Shown piece by piece: positions 15,057 through 25,208 of a stretch of 32,000 nt of DNA. Source of the DNA: Ruminococcus albus 7 = DSM 20455. Lineage in GTDB: Bacteria > Bacillota > Clostridia > Oscillospirales > Ruminococcaceae. Each line of letters begins with the position of its first letter. Within the stretch, counting starts at the first letter, position 1. The stretch spans positions 2,970,001 to 3,002,000 of the forward strand of contig NC_014833.1 in the NCBI RefSeq assembly GCF_000179635.2. The letters are read 5' to 3'. The translations under genes and the position numbers were made by a program. The notes below the pieces were generated by a model, which did not search any database, was not told the DNA's origin, and saw only the letters and a program-made list of their open reading frames with translations.

Positions 15057-16547
15057 TCAGTGGAAAGATAATACCTTGTCGTAGTCGTAACCGCGGTCAG
15101 GGGTGAAGGTGCGGGGAGTGAGTTCAAAGTAAACTACACCGTTTCTTTTTGCTGTCAGTGAGATATCAGCACTTCCCTTTTCAGCGGAGATAACAACGCT
15201 GCCGAAAAGCGGCTTTGCGCAATCACGGAGAAGTTCTGTCTGTGCTTTGGTGAGGTATGAGGGTTCGCCCATATCGTGCCACAGTTTCAGGGGATTGCAG
15301 GTATCTTCATCAACTGTTTTGGTGATGAGGGTATATTCGCCGCTGACAGGCAAAGTGAATGTACGGGTGAAATCATCACTGTCAATATTCCACAAAATGC
15401 CTGCAAAGCCTTTGTCAGACTTGACGATAACTGCGGTATCATCACGGAAGATGCAATCTGTACCGAAGTTTTTCAGCTGCTTGAAGAAAGCAAAGGTATA
15501 GAAAGTGGGCTTGGGTATACAGCCGTTTGCCACCAGACCGAATCCGCCGTGGAAAGGTGTGAAGGGCACGCCCTGTTCTTCAAAGACATCACCGAATGTC
15601 CAGTAGGAATAGGAAGTGTTCATATCCCCCAGATGAGAAAGCTGACCTGCAAGATACGCCGCATTCAGGTTGGTATCGTGGATAACGCCCTTGGGTGTAT
15701 AGGATGTGCTGAATTCGGTTATATGTATAGGCAGACCCTTGAACTCATCGAAGCTTTCAACGATATCGCGGGTGGACTGCAGGTTTGCAAGTCTTGCCAC
15801 AGGGTCTTCAAGCTTTGAATAGTCGTAGTGACCAATGCGCTCGGGAAATTCAACGGTATAGTGATGACGGGTAACGGAATCGGGCATTATGCCCTCGGCT
15901 TTACAGAATTCAAGGAACTTCTGTATCCACTCAGCATCGTTGACACCGCAGATAGCAGGTCCGCCTACCTGAAAACGTTCGTCGTAAGCCTTGATAGCTG
16001 TGAAAGTCTCCTTGAATAGTCTGAAATACTCTTCCATATCAGCCTTGTACCAGAATCCCGGGAGATTGGGTTCGTTCCAGACCTCGATATTCCAGTCGAG
16101 TACTTCCTCGCCGTAGCGTGAGCGCAGATGTTTCAGCAGAGCGATGACCATATCTGTCCAGAGTTTATAGTCCTTGGGGGGAGTGGTATTGCCTTTCCAG
16201 TAGAAAATGGTCTGGGTGCCGCTTGCCATTTTTTCGGGCATGAAGCCAAGTTCGATAAACGGGCGTATACCAAGTTCAAGGTAGCTGTCAAAGATGCGGT
16301 CGATATAGGTGTAGTTATACTCAACCTTTGTGACACCGTCCTCCTCGTACTCCTGATAGATAGCAACGTCATCGCAGAACAGACCGTGTCCGCGGATATT
16401 TTTGAAGCCTATCTCCTGCTGTACGAATTTCAGCTGTTCAAGATATTCAGCAGTCAACGCAAGACCCAGTCTGCCTGTACCGACACAGTAATCAACATTG
16501 TTGTTGAAGGGGATGCTGTTATTTATATCAATGACTGTTTTTTCCAT
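15057..16547 (-). CDS. xynB: GH39 beta-xylosidase
   Basis: 496 aa resembling XynB-type family-39 xylosidases over the full length (..CVGTGRLGLAL..GFKNIRGHGLF..WNIEVWNEPN..ITEFSTSY..). RBS AGGAGGAA. Confidence 0.88.
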   Translation of the reverse strand: MEKTVIDINNSIPFNNNVDYCVGTGRLGLALTAEYLEQLKFVQQEIGFKNIRGHGLFCDDVAIYQEYEEDGVTKVEYNYTYIDRIFDSYLELGIRPFIELGFMPEKMASGTQTIFYWKGNTTPPKDYKLWTDMVIALLKHLRSRYGEEVLDWNIEVWNEPNLPGFWYKADMEEYFRLFKETFTAIKAYDERFQVGGPAICGVNDAEWIQKFLEFCKAEGIMPDSVTRHHYTVEFPERIGHYDYSKLEDPVARLANLQSTRDIVESFDEFKGLPIHITEFSTSYTPKGVIHDTNLNAAYLAGQLSHLGDMNTSYSYWTFGDVFEEQGVPFTPFHGGFGLVANGCIPKPTFYTFAFFKQLKNFGTDCIFRDDTAVIVKSDKGFAGILWNIDSDDFTRTFTLPVSGEYTLITKTVDEDTCNPLKLWHDMGEPSYLTKAQTELLRDCAKPLFGSVVISAEKGSADISLTAKRNGVVYFELTPRTFTPDRGYDYDKVLSFH

Positions 16548-16561
16548 AGGATATTCCTCCT

Positions 16562-16596
16562 AAAAAAACACCGCCTGCGTCCTGCAGACGGTGTTT
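16562..16596 (-). terminator. Intra-locus intrinsic terminator between the ABC permease gene and the GH39 gene
   Basis: On the minus strand, AAACACCGTCTGCAGGACGCAGGCGGTGTTT is followed by a T-run. It lies 22 nt upstream of the GH39 start codon. Confidence 0.6.
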
Positions 16597-16637
16597 CAAA
16601 CTGCAATTTCTGATATTGTTTACAATAAGATCTGAAA

Positions 16638-17630
16638 TTATTCCTTTACGCCGCCGATAGTAAGACCTGCAACGAAGTATCTCTGTAAGAAAGGATACAG
16701 GATAACGATAGGAAGTGCTGTAACAACAGTAGCTGCTGCTCTGACTGAGGTAGGAGTAACTGTTGCAGAAGCGTTCTTCATGCTCTCGGCTGTTGTCTTC
16801 TTGCTGGTAACAGAAGCCAGAGTCTTCATCAGCTCATACTGAAGAGTTGACAGACCATCGTTCATTCTGTTATACAGCATAGCATCGAACCAGGAGTTCC
16901 ACTGACCTACTGCAGTGAACAGAGCAACTGTTGCGATAACGGGCATACACAGGGGGAAGATTATCTTGATGAAGATAGTCAGGTGACCTGCGCCGTCCAT
17001 CATAGCGGATTCAGCAAGGCTGTCAGGGAGACCGTTCATGTAAGTACGCAGAACCAGCATACTGAATGCAGGTACCATACCGGGCAGTATATATACCATG
17101 AAGCTGTTGACCAGACCCAGTGCCTTGTATACAAGGAATATCGGGATAAGACCGCCTGATACGTACATTGTTACAACGTACAGAAGTGAAAGCTGCTTTT
17201 TGAACAGGAATTCCTTACGGCTGAGCACATAAGCCAGCAGTGCGGTTATCAGTGTTGAGGAAACAGTACCGATAACGGTTCTGAGTACGCTGATCTTGGC
17301 AGCGGTGAGCATATTCTGCTGTGAGAGAACGTGCTGGTAGTTCTTGAGTGTAAATACTCTTGGGAACAATGTGATGCCGCCCTTGAGTGCATCAAGACCA
17401 TCATTGAATGATACTGCTATCATATTCAGCAGAGGATACATGATAACTATTGTGAATACTATCATAAAGAGAGTATTCAGTACATCGAACACATTATCGC
17501 CTTTGGTGCGGCGGCTTACGATGCTGTGCTTGGTTTTTGAACCGATGTCCTTCGCATCACGCTTGGGCTTTTCTGCCTGCGGGATAGGTGCGGACGGAGT
17601 CGAAACGATTTTTTTAGTTAATTCTGCCAT
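16638..17630 (-). CDS. Carbohydrate ABC transporter permease (LplC/MalG-like)
   Basis: 330 aa, multi-TM, with an EAA-like loop (..DSLAESAMMDGAGHLTIFIKIIFP..). RBS AAGGAGGG. Confidence 0.9.
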   Translation of the reverse strand: MAELTKKIVSTPSAPIPQAEKPKRDAKDIGSKTKHSIVSRRTKGDNVFDVLNTLFMIVFTIVIMYPLLNMIAVSFNDGLDALKGGITLFPRVFTLKNYQHVLSQQNMLTAAKISVLRTVIGTVSSTLITALLAYVLSRKEFLFKKQLSLLYVVTMYVSGGLIPIFLVYKALGLVNSFMVYILPGMVPAFSMLVLRTYMNGLPDSLAESAMMDGAGHLTIFIKIIFPLCMPVIATVALFTAVGQWNSWFDAMLYNRMNDGLSTLQYELMKTLASVTSKKTTAESMKNASATVTPTSVRAAATVVTALPIVILYPFLQRYFVAGLTIGGVKE

Positions 17631-17642
17631 TTTGCGCCCTCC

Positions 17643-18563
17643 TTAATACAGACTTTCTTCGCCCATCAACTTAGCTGATGTATTGGCTACTATTACGAGT
17701 ATGATACTTACAAGGCTCTTGAATATACCAGCTGCGATACCGATAGAGTAGTTACCCTTACTGATACCGTAGTTAAGTACGTAGATGTCGATAGTTTCAG
17801 CTACAGACTTTACAAGGTCATTACCCAGCAGATACTGGAGCTCGAAACCAACGTTAAGAACGTTGCCGACGTTCATTATCAGGAGTATGAGTATGGTAGG
17901 CTTCAGACCGGGGAGAGTGATGTGCCAGATGCGCTTCATTCTGCCTGCGCCGTCTATTGAAGCTGCTTCGTAAAGGTCGGGGTTGATAGATGTTATAGCT
18001 GCCAGATAGATAATGGAATCCCATCCTGTTTCTTTCCACCTGTTAGCAAAACCGACTATCCACCAGAAGTACTTAGGATCAGCCAGCCACTGTATCGGCT
18101 TATCTATCGCACCGATAGCTATAAGGAACTTGTTCAGTGTGCCGTTCTCCATAGAGAGGACATCGAATACGATACCTGTCAGGATTATCATGGAGAGGAA
18201 GTGGGGCAGATAGGAAATGGTCTGAACAACATTTTTGCCTATCTTAAATCTTAACTCACTAAGGAGTATAGCAAATACTATAGGGCATATCGTACCGAGC
18301 ACCAGGTTTATCAAACCCATAGCCAGGGTATTTCTTACACATAAGAGGAAATCTTCGTTTCTGAAGAGGAACTTGAAGTTATCAAGTCCTACAAACTGGG
18401 AATGAAGGAAACCGTCTCTGGGCTTATACTTCTGAAATGCCATTATCCATCCGAAAAGCGGAGTATAAAAGAATATCAGGGCATAGATCACAAAGGGTAT
18501 GGACAGCAGCAGCAGAGATTTCTGATTTCTCAGCTTTTTGCCGAAGTCCGGGTCTTTAAACAT
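17643..18563 (-). CDS. Carbohydrate ABC transporter permease (LplB/MalF-like)
   Basis: 306 aa from the internal ATG at 18563, which is preceded by GGAGG. It contains ..YEAASIDGAGRMKRIWHITLPGL.. Confidence 0.9.
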   Translation of the reverse strand: MFKDPDFGKKLRNQKSLLLLSIPFVIYALIFFYTPLFGWIMAFQKYKPRDGFLHSQFVGLDNFKFLFRNEDFLLCVRNTLAMGLINLVLGTICPIVFAILLSELRFKIGKNVVQTISYLPHFLSMIILTGIVFDVLSMENGTLNKFLIAIGAIDKPIQWLADPKYFWWIVGFANRWKETGWDSIIYLAAITSINPDLYEAASIDGAGRMKRIWHITLPGLKPTILILLIMNVGNVLNVGFELQYLLGNDLVKSVAETIDIYVLNYGISKGNYSIGIAAGIFKSLVSIILVIVANTSAKLMGEESLY

Positions 18564-18737
18564 TATTGCGCACCTCCGAGATGTGGACATCCCCTGCGCC
18601 TTGCCCGAAGGCTGCCGGCAGCAAGAGGTTAGAAAAAGTGTCCGAACGGCGAACCCCTTTTCTAACCTCTGACATCATGATACAGATATCAGGGGATAGA
18701 AATCATATTGCTTATCATTATTCCGAAATATCCCGCA

Positions 18738-18762
18738 CAAGTCCCCGACAAGCGGGGACTTG
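18738..18762 (-). other. Intercistronic stem-loop between the solute-binding-protein and permease genes
   Basis: CAAGTCCCC (18738-18746) pairs with GGGGACTTG (18754-18762). There is no strong T-tract. The position fits a partial terminator or mRNA stabiliser, as is common after SBP genes. Confidence 0.35.
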
Positions 18763-18813
18763 ATGCAGTATATATTTCATAAAAAAGTTCAGTCAGTAAC
18801 TGTTAAAGTATAA

Positions 18814-20511
18814 TTATTTACCGGATGCAACGTCGATACGTCTCTGGATCTCCTTATCGAATGCAGGAAGCAGAACGCCGTCAACATCGCACTTTTCCTT
18901 GTACTTATCCAGATACTCGTTCCAAGCTGTATCGAAATCTTCAGCGATACAAACCTGAGGCAGATACTCGTGCTTAACTTCAGCCATTGTAGTCCATACC
19001 AGACCCTCATCGGTATCTGTTGTCAGGGCATTGGAGTAAGACCACATGGGGAACCAAGCCTCGTTATCGGGAGCTTCGTTCAGCATCTCAACATAGGTCT
19101 TAACGCCGTAAGCATCGAAGCATTCCTTAACATCATCGGACAGTGACTCATAGAACTCAGTTGCCTGGTGGTTAGCGTCACAGCCGTTGACACCGTCGTG
19201 ATCCATACCGTTTGAATAGTTGGGGAAATAAGCGTAAGGACAGAGGTTAGCATTGATGTACTTCTGATCATCAGCATTCTTTCTCATTTCATCGGTACGA
19301 GTGAATACGCCGTCTTCGCCCTTATTGTAGTTAACGCCTTCGATACCCCAGTTTCTCAGAGTGAGGATCTCGGGATCGAGCAGGTCGTTCATGAACTTCA
19401 TAGCGCCCTTGGGATCCTTACAGGACTTGGTGATACCTACACCGTTGGAAACGTCCAGAGCGGGCTTGGTATGCCAGTGCTCCTCAACACCCTTATCCAT
19501 TGTGATACCAACAGGTACGTATGTGCAGTCATCAAGAGTGCCTGCAGCCTTGATAGCCAGCTCGGCGTCATTGAAATCCCAGTGCTGGTCAACCATACCG
19601 CAAACACGGCCGGTGGACAGCTTGGAGATGTAAGCGTCATACTTCATTGTGAAGGTCTCGGGGTCAACGATGCCCTTCTTGTACTCTTCATTCAGCTTCT
19701 TGAAGTATCTCTTTGCTGTATCGGTGGTATTATAGTCGATAGCCTTGTGTGTTTCTCTGTCAACTATGCAGCATCCGTCATTGGGATAACCGTCAAGGAA
19801 GAAGGGAGCATTCTCAAGGCAGAAGTATCTCCAGTCATCGCAGAGTATCTCATAACCGATGTTGGGAGTACCGTCGGGCATTGTAGGATTAGCCTCGATG
19901 TATCTCTCGATAAGGTCGAAGTACTCGTCAAGTGTCTCGATCTTGGGATAGCCTGCCCACTTCAGAACTCTTGTCTGGATCCAGAAAGCTTCGTCATTGT
20001 GTACGCAAGTTGTATCGTGATCCCAGGTCTTGCCGAACTGAGGAATGATGTAAACGTGACCATCTTCAGCTCTTATAGAGTTCCACTCAGCCTCGGTGTA
20101 GAAGTTCTTGATGTTGGGAAACTCGTCCCAGTAATCATCAATAGCGATAAATGCACCTGCATCTACCATGCTCTTCATACCGGAAGATGCATCAACGAAG
20201 TCAGGATACTCATCGCCTGCGATCATAACGCCGATAGCTTCTTCAGCGGTCTGACCTACCAGCCACTCCATATCGCACTTAGCGCCGATCTTTTCAGCGA
20301 TCTTGTCCTGTACAACATTGCCCTTATCGACCTTGTTGCCGGGAACTGCGAAGAAAGCGGAGAATACCTTTACTTCAACTTTCTTGCCATCTTTGGTCTC
20401 GATCGTCTGGGTCTCCTGCTTTTCATCCTTGCTTGCAGGGCCGCAGGCTGCCATTCCGACTACCATTGCTATAGCCATAAGGCCTGCAAATGCTCTCTTG
20501 AGTCTTTTCAT
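18814..20511 (-). CDS. Extracellular solute-binding lipoprotein of the sugar ABC transporter (LplA-like)
   Basis: 565 aa from the ATG at 20511 (RBS GGAGG). The lipoprotein signal is MKRLKRAFAGLMAIAMVVGMAAC-G. The size is typical of a family-1 extended SBP. Confidence 0.9.
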   Translation of the reverse strand: MKRLKRAFAGLMAIAMVVGMAACGPASKDEKQETQTIETKDGKKVEVKVFSAFFAVPGNKVDKGNVVQDKIAEKIGAKCDMEWLVGQTAEEAIGVMIAGDEYPDFVDASSGMKSMVDAGAFIAIDDYWDEFPNIKNFYTEAEWNSIRAEDGHVYIIPQFGKTWDHDTTCVHNDEAFWIQTRVLKWAGYPKIETLDEYFDLIERYIEANPTMPDGTPNIGYEILCDDWRYFCLENAPFFLDGYPNDGCCIVDRETHKAIDYNTTDTAKRYFKKLNEEYKKGIVDPETFTMKYDAYISKLSTGRVCGMVDQHWDFNDAELAIKAAGTLDDCTYVPVGITMDKGVEEHWHTKPALDVSNGVGITKSCKDPKGAMKFMNDLLDPEILTLRNWGIEGVNYNKGEDGVFTRTDEMRKNADDQKYINANLCPYAYFPNYSNGMDHDGVNGCDANHQATEFYESLSDDVKECFDAYGVKTYVEMLNEAPDNEAWFPMWSYSNALTTDTDEGLVWTTMAEVKHEYLPQVCIAEDFDTAWNEYLDKYKEKCDVDGVLLPAFDKEIQRRIDVASGK

Positions 20512-20587
20512 AAATATCAACCTCCAAAAAACGACTAATTTAGCTTTGAACATATTAGCTAAATTTTGTTTTATTTTTCTTGAGTTT

Positions 20588-20616
20588 ATTATACCAAATA
20601 AATCTTGCTTTGTGAA
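20588..20616 (-). promoter_or_regulatory. Candidate promoter of the sugar ABC/GH39 locus
   Basis: On the minus strand: TTCACA (20616-20611), a 17-nt spacer, then TGG-TATAAT (20593-20588). Confidence 0.5.
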
Positions 20617-20903
20617 TAGTTATCAGGAAACTAAGCAATAATTGCAAATATTTTTTATCAATTGAGCAAAATTTGTATACTCACCTTTTTTGGGTACATT
20701 CAAATCGCAAAAAATGTATTGAAAATCGCAATTTTTGAGTTGTATATAATTGCGCAATGTAGTAATATATAAAGATTTGTATCAAAACAACCTAGATTTC
20801 AATACAGATTTTTTCCTTTTTTAGAGAATATGTACGTACTTTTGTTATTGTGATATCAAACAATTGTATTTATGGGTGCATCCATAAACTAAACTTGTTC
20901 ACA

Positions 20904-20932
20904 TTGACAAGAGGCATAGAATATGTTATAAT
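20904..20932 (+). promoter_or_regulatory. Consensus promoter of the metallophosphoesterase gene
   Basis: TTGACA (20904-20909), a 17-nt spacer, then TGT-TATAAT (20927-20932). Confidence 0.55.
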
Positions 20933-21010
20933 ATATTAAGGGATGAATTCATTGCCCTTAATTAATAATGTATACAAAAGAAGATTTTTCACGATGATCA
21001 AGGAGATACC

Positions 21011-21712
21011 ATGGCTGTCTATGTAATGAGCGATATACACGGTGAATATGACAAATACCGTGAGATGCTTGATAAAATAGACCTCAGACCCGAGGACACG
21101 CTGTACATCCTCGGCGATGTCGTTGACAGGGGTCCCAGACCCGTCGATATACTTCAGGATATGATGAAGCGCCCGAACGTTTATCCGCTTATGGGCAATC
21201 ACGATCTGCTGGCACTGGATATACTGAAAAAGCTGAATGTTGAGATAACAGAAGAAAACTATGCCGTTCATCTGGATGCGGACACGATGGATGAAATGGC
21301 TTGCTGGCTGCATGACGGCGGTCAGACAACTCTGGCTCAATTCAGGGATCTGACAAAGGAAGAAAAGGCTGACGTACTGGACTATATGGAAGATTTCTCG
21401 GTATGCGAATCTGCAGAAGCCGGAGGAAAGATATTCGTGCTTGTCCATGCGGGACTGGGTAATTTCCGCAAAGGCAAAAAGCTGCGTGAATACACCTTTC
21501 AGGAGCTTCTTATGGACAGGATAGACCCTGAGAAGGACTATTTTGAAGACGATGATATATACGTGATCACAGGACATACGCCCACGATACTGATATGGGG
21601 CAAGGCAGAGATATACCACAGTCATCACAATATCTGTATAGACTGCGGTGCCTGCATGGGAGGACGGCTCGCCTGCCTTTGTCTGGATACAATGGAAGAA
21701 TACTATGTCTGA
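21011..21712 (+). CDS. Metallophosphoesterase (PPP-family Ser/Thr phosphatase / ApaH-like)
   Basis: Motifs SDIHGE, GDVVDRGP and GNHD, then HAGL and GHTP. RBS AAGGAG. Confidence 0.85.
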   Translation: MAVYVMSDIHGEYDKYREMLDKIDLRPEDTLYILGDVVDRGPRPVDILQDMMKRPNVYPLMGNHDLLALDILKKLNVEITEENYAVHLDADTMDEMACWLHDGGQTTLAQFRDLTKEEKADVLDYMEDFSVCESAEAGGKIFVLVHAGLGNFRKGKKLREYTFQELLMDRIDPEKDYFEDDDIYVITGHTPTILIWGKAEIYHSHHNICIDCGACMGGRLACLCLDTMEEYYV

Positions 21713-22122
21713 ATAACATTACGGGGAGTATGGGAGAGAAGTCTGCCATGCTCCTTTATTTTAGCTTCTTCAACTTCGTCGCAGCCCCGGGGAACAAGAA
21801 CGAATCTCCCGTTCAGCCGGTATATCCTTGTATCCGTACAGGTATCGGCAAGGTATCCGATGACTTCCGCGGGATCGGATATGAACTGTGCATGGAGCGA
21901 AACCGTGAGAGCAAGTCTGACTCCGTCGGTGCATTTTGATATCCTGATATCCCCATGGGAACTGCAGCCCAGATCATTCATAATATGAGCCCTGACCGCT
22001 GCCAAGAATATCCTGCTGCTTATATCACGCTCCCTGAGTGTTTCAAAACTCAGCCCCATATCGGAAAGCTCATCACTGCCTATAAATGCGTATACCTGTG
22101 TGCCGTCGCGCTGTATATCCAT
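21703..22122 (-). CDS. Short MecA-like adaptor protein (tentative)
   Basis: 139 aa from the internal ATG at 22122 (RBS AGGGGTG). The N-terminus MDIQRDGTQVYAFIGSDELSDMGLSF and the C-terminal ..IYRLNGRFVL..EVEE..EHGRLL resemble the ends of MecA. The longer track ORF overlaps the divergent promoter region. Confidence 0.45.
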   Translation of the reverse strand: MDIQRDGTQVYAFIGSDELSDMGLSFETLRERDISSRIFLAAVRAHIMNDLGCSSHGDIRISKCTDGVRLALTVSLHAQFISDPAEVIGYLADTCTDTRIYRLNGRFVLVPRGCDEVEEAKIKEHGRLLSHTPRNVIQT

Positions 22123-22273
22123 AAAAACACCCCTGAGTATACTATGCAGCAAGGAGGGTCGCTGACACATCACGGGATAATTCAACATGACCGCGGAAAA
22201 ATCCACCCACAGATGCATGATATCGTGATATAATATATGCAGAAAAATATAACAATGACGGAGGCGTATAGAT

Positions 22274-24082
22274 ATGCTGAAAACACCGAACCACACTAAT
22301 TGCAGAGTAACAGGCGGAGTGTTCCGCGACAGAATGGAGCTTAACAAAAGGTATCTCAAAGAGCTTGATACTGTATGTCTGATGCAGAACCACTATCTGG
22401 AGGCAGGTATCATTCTCCCTGACAGGCAAGTGATATCAGAGCCCGAAAAGGCTGAACTGCACTGGGGGTGGGAATCTCCTGCCTGTCAGCTGAGAGGACA
22501 TTTCCTCGGGCACTGGATGTCGGCAGCAGCCATGCTTTCAGCTTCGGACGGAGATGCTGAGCTCAGGGCAAAGCTTGTAAAAATCGTAGATGAGCTGGAG
22601 CGCTGTCAGCAGAGGAACGGCGGAAAATGGGTGGGCTCCATACCCGAAAAATATTTCAAGCTCATGGAGAGCGAGGAATATATCTGGTCGCCGCAGTACA
22701 CCATGCACAAAACGCTGATGGGTCTGGTGGATGCTTACCGATTTGCAGGTATACAAAAAGCGCTGGACATCGCGGACAGGCTTGCTGACTGGTACATCGA
22801 ATGGGCGGCATCTGTTGAAAAGACAGCACCATTCACTGTATTCAAGGGGGAACAGGGCGGTATGCTTGAGGAATGGTGCATACTTTATGAGCTGACAAAT
22901 GACCCGAAATACCGCAAGCTTATGGATATATACCGTGAAAACGGACTGTACCACAAGCTGGAACAGCACAGAGAGGCACTCACCGATGACCATGCCAACG
23001 CAAGCATACCACTTTCTCATGGGGCGGCAAGGATGTATGATATAACGGGTGAAGAACGCTGGAAGATCATAACCGACGAATTCTGGAGACAGGCTGTGAC
23101 AGAGCGAGGTATGTTCGCCACAACAGGTGCTAATTCAGGGGAATTCTGGGTACCGCCGCACAGCATGGGCAGTTATCTCGGGGATACAGATCAGGAGTTC
23201 TGTACGGTATACAACATGGTGCGGCTGGCTGACTTTTTGTACAGAAGAACAGGCGATACGGTATACGCTGACTATATTGAGCGTGCATTGTACAACGGTT
23301 TTCTTGCACAGCAAAATATGCACAGCGGTATGCCTGCATATTTTCTGCCGTTATCCTCGGGAAGCCGCAAGAAATGGGGCAGTAAAAGACATGATTTCTG
23401 GTGCTGTCACGGTACTATGGTGCAGGCGCAGACCCTATATCCGCAGCTGATATGGTACACTGAAGACAGCACTTTGACAGTCGCACAGTACATACCCTCA
23501 GAGGCTGAACTTGATATAGGCGGCAAGAAAATAAAGGTATCACAATGTACGGAGCTTAAAAACCTTAATAATCAGGTGTTTTTCGATGAGGACGAAGGCG
23601 GTGAGAAAAGCAGATGGTCGATAAGGTTCGATATCAAGTGCGATGAACCGACGTTTTTCACGCTGTGGCTTCGTATGCCGAAGTGGCTGAATGGCAGACC
23701 GCAGCTTATCATTGACGGCGGATCGGTACAGGCAGATATTGCGGATAATTATCTTACGATCAGCAGAACATGGCATAATGATACCATACAATTATTGCTC
23801 ATACCGACGCTATACACCGAACCTCTGGCTGATATGCCCGAAACTGCGGCACTGCTGGACGGTCCTATCGTGCTGGCAGGTATGACCGACAAGGATGCAG
23901 GTATTACAGGGGACTTTTCAGCACCTGAGAGTTTTCTGCACCGCCGCACCACACATGAGTACAAGACCTACGTATGGAAGCAGAACACCTATGTGACACG
24001 GAATCAGCCTGTGAATATTGAGTTCAAGCCGCTGTATGAGGTGACTGATGAGGTTTACACGGTTTATTTCAGCAAAAAATAA
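22274..24082 (+). CDS. GH127-like beta-L-arabinofuranosidase (DUF1680 family)
   Basis: 602 aa with ..LRGHFLGHWMSAAAML.. and ..FWCCHGT.. (the Cys-rich Zn/catalytic region typical of GH127). RBS GGAGG. Confidence 0.82.
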   Translation: MLKTPNHTNCRVTGGVFRDRMELNKRYLKELDTVCLMQNHYLEAGIILPDRQVISEPEKAELHWGWESPACQLRGHFLGHWMSAAAMLSASDGDAELRAKLVKIVDELERCQQRNGGKWVGSIPEKYFKLMESEEYIWSPQYTMHKTLMGLVDAYRFAGIQKALDIADRLADWYIEWAASVEKTAPFTVFKGEQGGMLEEWCILYELTNDPKYRKLMDIYRENGLYHKLEQHREALTDDHANASIPLSHGAARMYDITGEERWKIITDEFWRQAVTERGMFATTGANSGEFWVPPHSMGSYLGDTDQEFCTVYNMVRLADFLYRRTGDTVYADYIERALYNGFLAQQNMHSGMPAYFLPLSSGSRKKWGSKRHDFWCCHGTMVQAQTLYPQLIWYTEDSTLTVAQYIPSEAELDIGGKKIKVSQCTELKNLNNQVFFDEDEGGEKSRWSIRFDIKCDEPTFFTLWLRMPKWLNGRPQLIIDGGSVQADIADNYLTISRTWHNDTIQLLLIPTLYTEPLADMPETAALLDGPIVLAGMTDKDAGITGDFSAPESFLHRRTTHEYKTYVWKQNTYVTRNQPVNIEFKPLYEVTDEVYTVYFSKK

Positions 24083-24094
24083 TAGGATAAACAA

Positions 24095-24134
24095 AAAGCA
24101 GCAGTACATTTTTTAGTACTGCTGCTTTGCTTTT
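24095..24134. terminator. Bidirectional intrinsic terminator
   Basis: AAAGCAGCAGTAC (24095-24107) pairs with GTACTGCTGCTTT (24116-24128). It is flanked by A-rich sequence upstream and T-rich sequence downstream. Confidence 0.75.
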
Positions 24135-24141
24135 GATATAT

Positions 24142-25188
24142 TCAGTTCTGTCCCAGAAGTGTCTGATCGAACCTGAACAGGGCTTCGTTTATCTCAAAGA
24201 TATCGTATATACCATGTGTGATATGATACTTCACGATGAGGTCGAAGTCCAGAGAATTGGACAGCGCATATCCTGCTCTTGAAAGCAGTTCTTCTGTCTC
24301 GCGGATATCGAGTTTAAGTGCAACGGCAAATGCTACCGCTGTCTGCTTTTTAGGCTTATAGTGAACATCGCTTCGTATCTTTGAGAACAGCTTGCGGTCG
24401 ATATTGGCGCGTTTATAGGCTTCAACATCAGTCATTCCACGCTCGTCTATAAGGCGGAGTAATGCCTGTGAGAAGGATTCATCGCGCATGGAGAAATAAT
24501 CCTCTGCCGATGCTTCCTCTGCAATTTCGCAGGGTACTGAACCTGCGGCTTCGGAACTTTTTTGTCTGCCGAATATACTTTTCTTTTTTGGCTTGACGGA
24601 TGCTTCATCACGCATGACCGCCGCACCCATAAGAGGTCTGCGCTCGCTGTCGTCATGGAGTTTTGCATAGGCATCGTCGATATACTGCCGTATGCGGTCG
24701 AATCGTTCCGCACTTATATCGAAGCTGTCCTTATCAAATATCACAAGAGTGATATCCATATCGTGTTCTGCCAGGAATTTACGGGCTTCGTCCTCGGCTA
24801 TCCGTATCGCTTCACGCTTGGGATATCCGTAGACACCTGCCGATATCAGAGGGAAGGCTATGCTTGTACATCCAAGTTTTTCGGCAAGGGCAAGAGAATT
24901 TCTGTAACAGCTGCGAAGCTGTTCGCTCTCGCCGTTTTCGCCTCCATGCCACACAGGACCTACGGTATGTATTATGTACCTGCAATCAAGGCGGTAGCCC
25001 TTTGTAGCCTTGGCCTGACCTGTTTCACAGCCGCCGAGAAGCCTGCATTCCTCCAGAAGTTCAGCGCCTGCCGCGCGGTGTATGGCACCGTCAACTCCAC
25101 CGCCGCCCAGCAGTGAGCTGTTTGCGGCATTAACTATCGCATCGGCAGAAAGCTTGGTTATGTCTGCACGTATCAGACTGAATGGCAT
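24142..25188 (-). CDS. MacroD/YmdB-type macro domain protein fused to a C-terminal helix-turn-helix-like domain
   Basis: The N-terminus [57 protein letters not shown] is a macro domain. The C-terminal ~110 aa (..[32 protein letters not shown]..) look HTH-like. RBS GGAGGGG. Confidence 0.85.
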   Translation of the reverse strand: MPFSLIRADITKLSADAIVNAANSSLLGGGGVDGAIHRAAGAELLEECRLLGGCETGQAKATKGYRLDCRYIIHTVGPVWHGGENGESEQLRSCYRNSLALAEKLGCTSIAFPLISAGVYGYPKREAIRIAEDEARKFLAEHDMDITLVIFDKDSFDISAERFDRIRQYIDDAYAKLHDDSERRPLMGAAVMRDEASVKPKKKSIFGRQKSSEAAGSVPCEIAEEASAEDYFSMRDESFSQALLRLIDERGMTDVEAYKRANIDRKLFSKIRSDVHYKPKKQTAVAFAVALKLDIRETEELLSRAGYALSNSLDFDLIVKYHITHGIYDIFEINEALFRFDQTLLGQN

Positions 25189-25208
25189 ACTATCCCCTCC
25201 GTTATCTT

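Noticed and set aside
21703-21712. 10-bp overlap of the convergent 3' ends of the phosphoesterase and MecA-like genes
   Set aside because: Short convergent overlaps are common and need no special explanation. The overlap also depends on the tentative MecA-like call.
24142-25188. DarG-like antitoxin of a DarTG DNA ADP-ribosylation toxin-antitoxin system
   Set aside because: The macro domain carries MacroD/YmdB-type motifs rather than TARG1/DarG-like ones. No DarT (DUF4433-like) ORF is adjacent; the upstream neighbour is a canonical RecD2.
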